Assembly (NCBI RefSeq): GCF_001447785.1
Contig: NW_015170275.1
Span: 115,511 to 179,510, forward strand
Direction: 5' to 3'
DNA from: Gekko japonicus
Taxonomy: Eukaryota
DNA: 64,000 nt
Below the pieces are notes generated by a model. The model was not told the DNA's origin. It was given only the letters and a program-made list of their open reading frames with translations, and ran no database searches. Position 1 is the first letter of the stretch, and every line of letters begins with the position of its first letter. Of the stretch, positions 25,454-37,945 are shown in pieces. The translations under genes and the position numbers were made by a program.

Positions 25454-25936
25454 GGCTGCAGTCACACTAGGGCTGCCAAATCGGACTGGGGGGCAGGGAA
25501 ACCCCCCCTTTGGAGGCCCGATTTCCGCCGTGGCGGAATCGGGCCCCGGGGGAAACCCCACCCCCGCATGCACGTCACAGGGAAGTGACGTCATGATGCC
25601 GGGCACGCTGGGGGCGGGGCCACAGCCATTTGAGGGGAAAACATAGAGTTTTCCCCTCAAATGGCTGTGGCCCCACCCCAGCGTGCCCAACGTCATGACG
25701 TCACTTCCCTGTGACATGCATGCGGCGCGTGCGCGCACACGCCGGGAGCCAGGCTGGAGTCCCCTGCCACAAGGGTAAGTGCCATTTGGCAACCCTAGGT
25801 CACACACACTAAATAATCCACTTCCAATCCACTTTCAGTGCACTTTCCAACTGGATTTTACTGTGTGAATTAGCAAAATCCAGTTGGAAAGTGCATTGAA
25901 AGTGGGTTGAAAGTGGATTATTTAGTGTGTGTGACC
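25454..25936. mobile_element. Hairpin MITE hosting a nested hAT MITE
   Basis: Near-perfect palindrome cacacacactaaataatccac...gtggattatttagtgtgtgtg (25801-25933); left end ggctgcagtcacac displaced by the insertion. Confidence 0.75.
25468..25797. mobile_element. CpG-rich palindromic hAT MITE
   Basis: TAGGGCTGCCAAAT...ATTTGGCAACCCTA; TSD agtcacac/ggtcacac; related to the 32364 and 40495 copies. Confidence 0.9.
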
Positions 25937-27062
25937 TAGATTTTAACTCAAGCCATTTTGAAAGGTCCACATTTAATGTCTCAGTTTTTGCTCAGTCTTT
26001 TAAGATGTCTTTGATTTAAGTGTCAGGTCAGCAGACTTTGGGGGATCAGATTGGAATAGGTGAGTCTCTTTCTTACTTGATGTGTGATTTTTTGATAGGA
26101 ATAATTTGCTTGCTGACCTCAGATATTATTTTCCTAATGTGATATCATTGCCTTGGTTGTCAAAAGAAGGACAGAGCATGAAATCTCAGATTCAGTAATC
26201 TGTTCAATATTATCAGCCCCTCACTGAATTACAGTTCCCAAGTTTCTTTGGATGAAGCCTTGACCATTAAACTGGTGTAAAACCAGCTTGCAACATAACA
26301 GTTTATCTGCCTGAGAAACCATCTGTGAAACACTGAAGATCCCCCCAAAGGTAGAGAACTTATTTTGATTTGCCCTCAATTTTAAAGCATCTTTAAGCAT
26401 CACAACATGTCTAGCGATAGGGCTCATCTAGCAAGGGACTTGGTTGTGCATAGTGTTCCCCCAATTTGCAACTGCAGTTACGCTGGCATGATGTCATGCC
26501 AACACTGAGGTGATGTGATGCCAGCATATCTCCAAGGGAGCCCTTCCTTTCTGCATGGTATATACTTACTTTATTCATCCTGTGTGGGAGTCTGCTAGCA
26601 ACTGTTGAGTGAGGAAGAAGTGTTGAGTCAGTGTACAGTAGGTTCATATTCTGTGTGTGGGGCAGCCATGTGGAGCAGGCACAGTCCCCCTGCTTGTGTC
26701 CTATGTGTGCCTGACTTGAGGTCAGTGCTGCATGCCCTGTCATCCGAGCTATGGGTGTGTCTTGGTGCTTATAGATTGTGATCGGGCATGGACTAAGTTA
26801 GTATCTTAAGTGGTGCCATAGCAAAGTAGGGATGGTGGGAGACTTTCAAAAGTTTTTCATTTCCATTGAATTCAGTGATAATGTTTATACTTATGCTATC
26901 ATTTTCATGGGAATTATCTTACACTGGTGCCAGGGATGGGAAATGGGCTGAGTGATCTTAGAATAAGCTCTGGAATTCACCCAGCTGGCACCCTCCATTT
27001 CTCGCCCTTATGTTGGCCTAGCCATGCTAGTGTCAAATTTACACCGATGGAGCAGCAGTGAC

Positions 27063-27281
27063 TAAGGCTGCCAACTTCAGGTTGGCAAATTCCTGGAGAT
27101 TTTGGTGCTGGTGCTCAAGGAGGGTGGAGTTTGGGGATGGGATGGACCTCAGTAGGATTTAATGCCACATGGTCCACACTACAAAACTGCCAGTTTCTCC
27201 AGTGGAACTGATCTCTGTCACCTGGGGATCAGTTGTAATTTTGGGATATCTCCAGTCTTCACCTGGAGGTTGGCAAGACTT
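27063..27281. mobile_element. hAT-type MITE (TAGGGTTGCCAA family)
   Basis: Similar to the 7487 copy. Confidence 0.72.
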
Positions 27282-28388
27282 TCAGCAATATGCTATGCAG
27301 GTGGAAGTCTCCCACTGAAGCATTTGTTAAGTCCCTTCAGGCACTGTTCACTTTGACTGATATCTGTCTTCTTGTTGTGGCATGGTACAGTATGAATGAA
27401 ATGGGTTTCTGTTAAGAATGTTTGAGACAGATGATTGTGCCTAAGGGAAAACTCACAGCTCTGTGAATCTATCAATCTGATCCTAAATATTTATGTTGGC
27501 CAACATTATGCCCTACAATGATGGCAACAGGAATATCAAGGCCAACATAAAGACCGCAATCCTAAGGACACATTCCTGGGAGTAAGCCCACTGAATAACA
27601 TGAGGCTTACTTCTGAATAGACCTGCTTAGGATTGATCCCAATTTGCTCTTCTGACCTGTAATGTTCTCTCACCATAATGTATATTTTTTCCTGGAAGTT
27701 TTTGTCAGGTTAAAGGGGTTTCCTTGACATTATTAGTGAACTGTGCAGAATTTGCAGCTGCAGTAAATATCTTCAGTACAAACTGGCATTGTTTCACTAG
27801 TGTGAATAATTGCACAGCCATGTGGGGACTCACAGATCCACTGACCTGGAAAACAAGATCTGTTTCAATCACATAGGACTGTTGCCCTTGCAACCAGCTA
27901 CAATGCTCTCAGCCACTGTTAACAGGAAGCAGGCTGGGCTGGTTCCCTGGAACAACCAAGGACTGCCCACAAGGTCTCCCCCCAGTCTCCTGCTGCCTCT
28001 TACAGGCCATGGAGAGAGAGAAGTATATGAATACTGTTATGGGAAGGAGAAGGAACATGGTGCACAAACTCTTCATGACTGAAGCCCCAGGAGGGTCTGC
28101 CAGATAGGTCTGCCAGAGGGGAGCTTCCCCACCACAGCAATACATTTGTTACCAATGAATATGGTGTTCAGTAAACATCCAATATTGCAATTGGAATGGT
28201 AGGGAGGGAGGGTTTGCTTTGTACAATAGACATGTGTGACATTGGGAATCATCTGTGAAAGTGAGATAATGTATGTGATATGCTTTGCACATTCTAAAGC
28301 ACTATAGAAATGCTCACCATACCTCCCAGATATTTTAGTCAACACACAGGGCTTCTCTCTGTGTCTCTTTGTCAGCAAGCTGCCAATA

Positions 28389-28853
28389 TGTATTTTCCAT
28401 GCATATGAGATGTGACTACCCCCCCCCTCTGCCTTTCCCTAGCTGGCTTGGACTCTTGTGCGCATGTCCGCCCTCACCCTCAAGCGCTCATCATTAACTA
28501 CATTCCTTTCCATGTACGCTAGCGTTGCTTTGAAGGAACCTTATCAGCCAAGGCTACAGGTGGTTCGCGTTTGGAGGCTTTTGCTTAGTCTATAATGAAC
28601 AGTAGTGTGAGAACAGAAGAATTGTTTAATTAGCTACAGCCGTTGCTTTCTCAAGGTTTGAGCGCGAGATGAGCCCTCAAGGCGGGCGCAGGAACCATAT
28701 CTATTGGCCCATGTTATTTTGAACTTGCTTTATTATACCAGTCTCAAGCCCTTTGTGTTATTCTGAACAGAACATCTGTTCTAAGTACTTCATGGCTTCA
28801 ATAAAATAAAACCTTCCTGCAAGTGTATTTCATTGTTTGCTGTGGGTCTGACA
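28389..28853 (+). mobile_element. Probable solo LTR
   Basis: TG...CA ends; tataa-like box; AATAAA near 28800; CpG retained; imperfect TSD aata/atta. Confidence 0.5.
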
Positions 28854-29192
28854 ATTATTCCTCATTTAGTTCTAAAACAATACTTTTGCACAGAACACCC
28901 ACCAACTCCCTCCAGCTACGCTCTCCCAAACCCTGATGGACACTTAAACAAAGCTACTTTCTGACCGTCATGGCCCAATGAAGAGACATTTACAATCTCC
29001 TTTTCATGGCTTCATTTTGTACAGTCGTGTTAATTCAATAGGTCAATTCAATAGGTCAGCAAATGAGCTTTGAGGATCAGTTCTAAGGTATCATGCCTTG
29101 CTGTGGGATAGGAAATAGTTTTATTTTACTAGAATTCTACTTTTTGCACAAAAGGGTCATAGTAGAATGATACAATCTCGAAATATAATAAT

Positions 29193-29401
29193 CAGGGGTC
29201 ATTTCGTAGAAAAAGAGCTAGGGGGACTCATTAGCATAACTCATTAGCATATGCCACACCCCCTGACATCACCGGAAGTGTGACCTCCCCACAGCCGGCG
29301 GCGACCTCCAGCGGGCACCAGCAGGGAGCTCCAGGCCCCGCTCTCCCGCACCTCACCCGGGGGGATGGCGTCCCCCCGCGTCCCCCCCCAAATGACCCCT
29401 G
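29193..29401. mobile_element. hAT-type MITE (CAGGGGTCATTT TIR)
   Basis: Perfect 8-bp TSD ataataat. Confidence 0.92.
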
Positions 29402-30785
29402 ATAATAATGTTGAGACAACCATATGACCAGGAGCAAGTGGTGAGTACATAGGTCAGTCAGTAGCAAACAATTCACTGGGAAGTCAGTGAACTGATGGTA
29501 ATCTGTGCAGGGCTACTGGAAAATGTATGACTAGCACCACTCTAGAATAGAGGTAGTTTCTCCAGCAAATAGCAGAGATCTCCAGCACTTCAAGATTTTA
29601 GGACCTTCCTTCCCTCTTCCACCCATGTGCATCCATTCCCTGCCTGCCTATGACCCCACCACCCCCATCTACACTCACAGCCATCCATACACCCTGTCTT
29701 CAACAGCACTGGGTGGTGTGTGTGGCTACGAGTGCCACTGGTGTGACCATTAGGAGCACCACTTGCATCACCTGCACATTCTTCCAAGGTGGTTCTGGGT
29801 GGCCAGCGCAGCCAGGACCACAGGTGGGGGAGCACTTGCAAGCAAGGAAACTGGGTAAGGGGGCACAAGTAGGTGGTAGAGGAGGTGTTCAGACATGGCC
29901 GTAGCCAGTGGGGGTGCAGCAAACAACGCCCTTATCACATCAGGGGCTCCCCCATCACAATAACCCCCAGCATGGGCTAGGGCTGATACTGACGTGGTAG
30001 CTGGAAAAGATGAGGAGGTTGCCTGGCTCATGGCTGCTGCTGAGGCTCCAGGGCAGCTGTGCTGGGCAAGGTGAGCATGGGCAGGCGCCTGCAGGTGTTC
30101 TAAAGGGGGAGGGACAGAGGGGAGCCAGAGTGACGGAGGAGGTCATGTGCTCTTGCTGGCTCTTCCTGAAGCTTTCTTTTAAAGCTTTCCAAGCAGGAAA
30201 TGAGGGAGAGGGGTTTTGAGAAGCCATTTGCAGAAGCAGGAAGACCCCCACGAGGCTGTCCCTCTCCCTCCACAGCTGAATTAATTAATTAATTAATTAA
30301 TTAAATTAGTGCCCTCCACCTGGTGCCCCAGCACCCCCTGTGGGTAGATGGGAGACAGTGGCAGTGGGCCCTACAAGAAGCTCTGCATTCTGGCAGATGA
30401 CCTACCTCAGGGTACGCTGATGCTGGCTCTGAATATGTTTTTCAATATTATGAAGTATTCTGTACTAATAACAATTGGAATTGTGGGGTGGGAGTGTTTG
30501 CTTTATTCAATGGACATGTGTGATGTTAGAAATCATCTGTAAGTAAGATTATGTATGTGCAACCATGTTAGAATTTGTGCTATATGAGTTCAACTGATGA
30601 GTTCTGGGTCTAGTGATGGTCAGCACATACTCATAAACAGAAGTACATGAGATAACTAAGACATGGAAAATAAATTTGTCGGTATTATTTGATCAATGTG
30701 AGTATTGTTGATTGTTGAATCTCACCTTTTGCTATTTTCAGCAAGAATCTTTTCCAGTTTTTATTTTACAAAAAAATTACAGTAG

Positions 30786-31100
<315 letters not shown>

Positions 31101-32363
31101 TGAAGCCATCTTGTGAAGGGGTGTGATGTAATGGACGTATTCTTGATGCCAGTGCCTCAGTTGCTAGGGAGACTTGAATTGTACACTATTAACTTCAAGA
31201 CAACCATAGAGTATAATTTATTATTCACACGTGTTACAATTTGGTTTAATAAGATGCATGCATATAACGCTAACCATGACTTAAAACCAATGAGGTCTGT
31301 CTTCTTCGGCTAATGCACCCCATCAAACCCACAATGTAAGACAATGTCCTTCTAGTGTGCAGTATAGTACTTGTGCCTGTTCTTCTGCTATGGTATATCA
31401 AGATAGGAAATAAATAGTAGTGCATCACAGGAGAAGCAAGTGTGGGTGCGGGTCTGATCTATGCCGTAGCCAGGCCTCTTCCTGTTCCCCCCGTATGGCA
31501 CCGGCATCCACAATCAAGATTGGTCACCAGTCCTTTACAGCTCTGGAAGGGAAGGCAGGAGCCCTTCCTCTCTGCAGTGATGTTCTGAGCCCAAATCGGG
31601 TCTCCTTTATTTTTAAAAAAGTCAGTCCCTCCCAGCTGTGGGAAATGTGAGTTAGGTTGGGGGAACCTAGATGCAACTCTTTAACAAGCAGCATAGCTAG
31701 TATGGTCTTTAGTGAACCTCGAGGCAACAATGACCAGTATAAGCAATGATCAGTGTCAGCAGCAGTTGCTCCTCCTGCACTGCCATGAGTTGCCACTCAG
31801 CCATCTCTATAGGCACTCATTTTCTTTTTGTAGAGTTCGAGCAAATGGTGTCCTGACAATACCAGATGTGCAGTTTAGTTGATTTAAATGTTGTTTTAAA
31901 TTATGCTTAGTTACCAGTTTGTATGCAAGATTGACAGCACTGTTAAAAGAGCAAGTTTGTTTTTTGTATAAGTGCTAAAACAGAGAGGCCCCAGATGTAA
32001 AGGATAAAGAAATAGAACAGTGTCAAGGAAGCATAGATCAAAGGGGCTTTTATCCTTTTGCTGCTATTTCAATCCAGTGCCATGGAATTAGCAGTGATTG
32101 CTTGCACATTCTCCTGTGGCCATTGAAATGCATTAAAAAACCTATAACCATGTTGGCAACGAGAGGGCTTTTCTCTGAAATGCTATTCAAACACGATTCA
32201 CAAAAACATTTTTAGGTGGTTGAGAGGCTGTAGTATTGAGACCTGCACTGTTGTAGCCTGGCTTTGAGGCACTAAGCAAAACCTTGCAGGCCCTGAGCTT
32301 TAGTTACAGTTACTCAATAGCATGTAGCAAGTAGCAAGACCAGATAATAGGACCAGAGCAGAT

Positions 32364-32776
32364 TAATGTTGCCAGTCCCCAGTTGGGAGCGGGAGATCTC
32401 CCAGTTTGTAGCCCCTCCCCCCTAGTTCAGGGCTATCAGGAACCGGGGGAAATTACCCCCCCCCCCAACAGGCAAGAAACTGAAAATAAATGCAACATGC
32501 CTATCCCACCCAGAAGTGACATAGGCACATTGAGGACATCAAGGGCAACTTGCCCTCTATGGTAGAATTAACTTCTTACAATAGAGTTTTGCCCAAAAAC
32601 CAGTGTGTCACTTCCGGGTGACATAGGAATTCACCCCCGACATCCCCGATGTGCCTAGGTCACTTCTGGGTGATGTGGGTATGTCACGTTTATTTCCAGC
32701 TTCTTCCCTCCCTGCTTCCAATAAGTGCACCCCCATCCAATAAGTGCACCCCCATCCAACGGACCTGGGAACCCTA
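32364..32776. mobile_element. Palindromic hAT MITE
   Basis: TSD gagcagat/gagcacat; internal inverted gaagtgac/gtcacttc motifs; 19-bp tandem duplication near 32718-32756. Confidence 0.82.
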
Positions 32777-33201
32777 GAGCACATGTTCCAGAGAAGGGTG
32801 AGGGATTAGCATATCATGTTCTGAAGAATTCCCAGGGAAAGTAATCTGACCTAGTCCAGAGTTTAAACAAGTGCTTATCTGAAGCAGGGTTCACTGACTG
32901 CTGGAGCACCTTCCTCTCCTTGTGCACAGGCAAAGTTGCAAGGAATTTGAGGAGGTAGAACTTTTGGCTAACAGCTTCACATTATTTTGCTCTTGAATGA
33001 TCTTCAATTATGCTCTCTTTTGTCTCCTCTTGAGACTCCTCTGAGTCTATGTCAGAGGTGTCGAGGGGCCCGATTTAGGGTCCAAGCTATCCTTCCTGGA
33101 TTCAGAGCCTTGTAACTTCTTCTCGGAAGTCTTCATGGAGTTCCACAGAGAATACCTCCAGCCTTCAGACTTTCTGAGTTGTGTTGTGACATGAAATCAG
33201 A

Positions 33202-33472
33202 GGCTTGGATCCAGCACAGTGTTTCCATGAGTAGAAGGATTTCTGCCTGTGGAAAGCAGTTTTCTCACCTTTCAGCTCCTGCTTGAGCCCGAAACAAGCC
33301 TCCTACTGTTCTTTTCAGCTCCTGCTTCAGCCCCAAATGACCCTCCGGCTGTTCCTGGTGGTCCTGTCCCTCACAAGCAGAATTTCAGAAGCATTTAGGG
33401 CTGCAGTGGGCGGGGTGGCAAAGAAGTTGGGCTCATACATCCACCATGTAAATGTTCTGCTAGATCCAAGCC
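33202..33472. mobile_element. MITE with GGCTTGGATC TIRs
   Basis: GGCTTGGATCCAGCA...TGCTAGATCCAAGCC; related remnants near 21510 and 35270. Confidence 0.72.
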
Positions 33473-36400
33473 AACATCTGAAGAATCACTAATAAAGAGG
33501 TTCATATGAAAATAGAAAACCTAAGTTCCCTGACAACAAGTTGTAGACACTTGAATATGGGACACTGTGTGCTATTGTAAAACCAGAAGTGTGAAAAAGA
33601 ACTTGTGACTTCTTCCTAAAATATGCAAGCTCACACAAGAGAAATGTTTTGAGAATGACACCTAATCTGAATTATGTACTGCATCCTTAAAGATTTTATA
33701 AACTGTCCCTGTAATGGATTTCTCTGGAGAAACTGCTGTGAACCTAGCCATGGGTTTCTGCAGGGATATCCCAGAACCTTCTGTTGACCTTCCTGTGGAG
33801 AGAGAAGGAATGGCACAGTATGAAATAGTAAAAGTCCTGCATGTCACTAACTTTACAAGATGGCATTCAATGAAAATATTTGCACGACCCAACGCTGATT
33901 GCATTAATCAGAGTCCTCCATTGCTTTGATGAAGTCCCCCTGTTGCGTTTTATTGTCTACCAAATATGTTAATGTGTGCCTTTTCAATGTTCATTACTGC
34001 ATTTCTGCTAATAGAAGAAGGCTAAACATTGAAGTAGATCAAACAAAGAGTGTTGGCTGCCTTGTGTGCTTTGTTTGTAGTACCTGCAGACAGCATTGAA
34101 GGAGCACTGCTCAGTTCAGTGCTGCTGTTCCTATGTCTAATGTGAGCTTCCTTAAAGTTGTCACTTCTTTAATGAGTAGATTTGAAACATGTTTATAAAA
34201 TGCTTCTTAAGGCAGACATCAATAACTACTCATCTGCTTTGCTTTCTAATGTTAATTTTAATTATGTGATAAATAGAACTGCATCTTTGTGTAATGTGAA
34301 ATCATGACTTTCTAGAAGTTATAATGTTTTCACAGAATGCTCTTGACAGGTTGGATGCAAAAGACTGAGCTTCACGTCACAGTTTATGGCTACACCATTG
34401 GATTGCAAATCAGTAGACATTTATCCATAGTACAATCCTAAACAGAGTTATATCATTCTAAAACCATTGCCTTCAATAGACTCTGGATTTTATTGCACTG
34501 TGTGACTCAGAGGATCAGAATAGCTATTGGATATTTCATCTCTTTTCAGAATACTAAGAGGAGTTGCATTAGCAAATATTTGAAAACAAAGTTTAACAAG
34601 GAGACCTATAATGCCATTCCTCTAAAATTACTGGAGGACTCAAACTTTTACTTAAAGTTAAGTGGGAAAAGATGTTAAGCACAACTATTAATGATCTGAA
34701 CTGGAAAACAGTTTTTTAACCACAGGTCCAGCCAATGCTATGTATATTAATGAGAGGAAGTTATCACACCGTATTGTTTGTGCTATTTAACCCTGCACAA
34801 ATTAACTCCTTACAGGTTATGTTTAACCATAATAAATTCTAGAAGTGCACTAAGATCCCAGCAGATTTCTTATACAATGGTGGCATTTTCCTGTTATTCA
34901 GCAATACTGGATGAAAATAATTTTAGATATCAATTAAATGACAGGAATTAAATTACCAAGGAATATTAAGAACATTTTGTTAATTCTTGTTAAAAATTTA
35001 TTTACTCTTCTCCCTACTGTATGGTTTCAGATGTGTTAACTGTCACTAAAATGGCTATTGCAAAAATGTGACATTCTAAAAACCTAAACTTATAATAAAT
35101 ATATGGTGACTGAAACTGTTCGATGAATATCAGCATTTTGTTTTGCATTTTATTTAAAATTCTAATTAAGAAAGAAATTTAAAAACCTCCCTGCTCTGCC
35201 TACCTGGAGATCCAACAGAAAAATTTCATCTATCAGAGCAAGGCACCTGACTTAACTGAAGGGAGTGGTAGGATCCAACTTTATGTCATAGTCTCCAAAT
35301 CCATCAAAAGGTGGGGTTGTAGTAACTGGCAGTTTTCCATAACTTTCCTAAATATATACAGTTGGTCACTCACACTTACTATTTTGAGAAGCGAACTGAC
35401 GGTAAACCTACCTTATTCTGGCTGGTCTCAAAATGCTATGTATGTCCCCAAAGAATCAGATCAGAGAAGCGAATGAAGTTTGGTTTAGAGTTTGATGGTG
35501 GGGTTATAAAAGTTAGTTAGAGGATTGGAGATTGTGGTTTGTATTATAATGTAGGTTTAAGTAACACTTCAGATATGTAATGCGATGAGCCTATAGCTGT
35601 ATTGTTTAGATATCATTTTAAATTTAAAAACTGAGGAAAAAACTCTCGGAATTTGATGGCTCTATATCAAAGTTCCATAGGAAGAGACTGTGAGACCCCC
35701 TCAACAGTGCAGTAATTTAAATATGACTGGACAATTGTGATCATTTGTTCTGATGTTAGAAAATATGTGGGAAATTGCAGCATGCTCATTCCATGCATAA
35801 ATATTTTAATTTCAGATTATTCCCCCCTCTTAAATATGAAATTATATTTTTGGCTCATTTTTATGCAGCCCTTTTTGTTTGCAGTAGACTTTGCAAGGAT
35901 GTTTACTTTGGTTTTAGAGATAGGTAATGTCTACAATTAAAAAAATAATTAATTGATGTGAAAGAAGTGGCAGTATCATTTCAGGATTTGGTGTTTGACA
36001 CACAGTTCATCATATTTTGATGTAATCTCAGTTTAAAAACTTACATTCAGCTTTTTTGGAACTTACATTTTTATCTGGGCCTTGTTTCTCCACATCAAAG
36101 ATAAGGCAAAGATGTTCTCAAAATGTTAGTATTTTTTCTTTTAGTTTTTTAAAAAATCAGAGTTAGAAGCCAAAACAAGTTAGATCAGTGGTTGTTAAAA
36201 TAACCTGATGTTACCCTGTGCTAAGAAAGAAAAGCATTTACAAAGTATCAAAATGAAAAAAGGCATTTTATATCTCATCCAGCTTTACTATAGTATATGA
36301 GACATGCATGTTTCCCCAACTGTTGAATTTTGTTTATTAACTTTAAGTTAATCTATTTTTTTACCAGGAGTAATAATTTTTTTTGGCTATTCCATAGTGC

Positions 36401-36837
36401 CAAACTAATACACACTTGAAGCGAGTGGGTTAAGAAGGGTATAACTCTGTTTAAGATTATGGCCACAGTGCCGTTTAACCTTTCCCCAGTTTTCTTTTTA
36501 TTATTACAGCTGCATATATGTAATACATTAACTGGCTTTCACACATATTAACATACTAGGATTATTTTCTGAGGGCTTGTTTTAGAACAAAAATTTAGCT
36601 AGGTTTACTGTTGAAACCCCTCCCCCCCATGTTTAGCTACAATCATCACACATCATGGGATGATCTGACTGATTTCAGGAGGTTCCAAATGAGAATCTGA
36701 AAATTCAAATGCCAGGGACTACAGAGAACAAGGATTTATTTTTCTTCATCCCCACAGGACCCTTAATTCTTCTTTCTACTCTTGTATTAGAGTAATGGCT
36801 GCATCTGAGTTACATCTGTGTAAACACCTTCCTTTCT

Positions 36838-37316
36838 AGAACAAAGTTCAAGTCCAATGGCACCTTTAAGACCAACAAAGTTTAATTCTGGATATAAGCT
36901 TACATTTATTTATTTATTTTATTTTATTAGATTTATAAGTGCGCAGAATGTGGGAGAACCGGGTTTGATTCCCCACTCCTCCACTTGCGCCTGCTGGATG
37001 ACCTTGGGCAAGCCATAGTTCTGGCACAGCTGTTCTTGAAAAGGAGCAGATTCTGTCAGAGCTCTCTCAGCCCCACCTACCTCACAGGGTGTCTGTTGTG
37101 GGAAGGGGAAGTGAAAGGAGATTGTAAGCCGCTCTGAGACTCCTTCGGGTAGTGAAGGGCGGGGTATACATCCAATCTCTTCTTCTTCTTCTTCTTCTTC
37201 TTCTTCATGCACACTAAAGCTTATACCCAGAATTAGACTTCATTGGTGTTAAAGGTGCCACTGAACTCAAACTTTGTTCTGTTGCTTCAGACCAACATGG
37301 CTACCCACCTGAATCT
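36838..37316. mobile_element. Inverted Penelope-like fragments with a nested Squam3-like SINE (about 36937-37206, (TTC)n tail)
   Basis: Inverted arms gcacctttaagaccaacaaag / ttggtgttaaaggtgcc; flanking direct repeat accttccttt; SINE similar to the 11731 copy. Confidence 0.72.
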
Positions 37317-37721
37317 ACCTTCCTTTTTAGGACAGCATTTAATCTGTGGATACATGTTGGGGGGTTGTTTTAAAATGTTTTAAAAAATCTTAAATGGAGG
37401 ATTAAAAAAAATATTGTAGCTTTTTGCTGCTTTTCATCACTTCTAGGGGTTTTTTTAAATGTAGATTTTATTTTTTTGCAAAACGGAGAGAGAGACATAT
37501 GATTGCCAGCTACTTAAAAGGTTTTGTTTTGACTTGGCCATAGATCCGAAATTTAAATAAGAAAGAAAGAAATATTATATCACCTGGTTATCTTGTGTGA
37601 CAATTGTTGACAAGGCAACTGCCAAATAAAAATAAGAAATGTAAGGCACACTCTAGAGAATGTTTAGCAGGCTGTGCAGCTCCACTGAAACCAGTAGCCT
37701 TTGGGGAAAACTACATTTATT

Positions 37722-37945
37722 TAGATATGTATACCCTGCATTTCTCTCCATTGGGGACCCAAAGTGGCTTACAACATAATTCTTTCCTCTTCTGTTGTAT
37801 CTTCTCAACAACAACCCTGTGTGGTAGGCTGGGCTGAGAGAGATTGACTGGCGCAAGGTCACCCAGCAAGCTTCCATGACACAGGGGGAATTTGAGCTGG
37901 TTTCCCAGGTCCTGCTCTAACACTCTAACCACTGCACCACTCTGC
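37722..37945 (-). mobile_element. Squam3-like SINE
   Basis: Reverse complement of the SINE body (ctctaaccactgcacca, ggtcacccagcaagcttcc). Confidence 0.7.

Noticed and set aside
25355-25807. 150-aa ORF, and similar ORFs at 40469-41013 and 23063-23630
   Set aside because: They lie in GC-rich MITEs where stops are scarce; no protein motifs.
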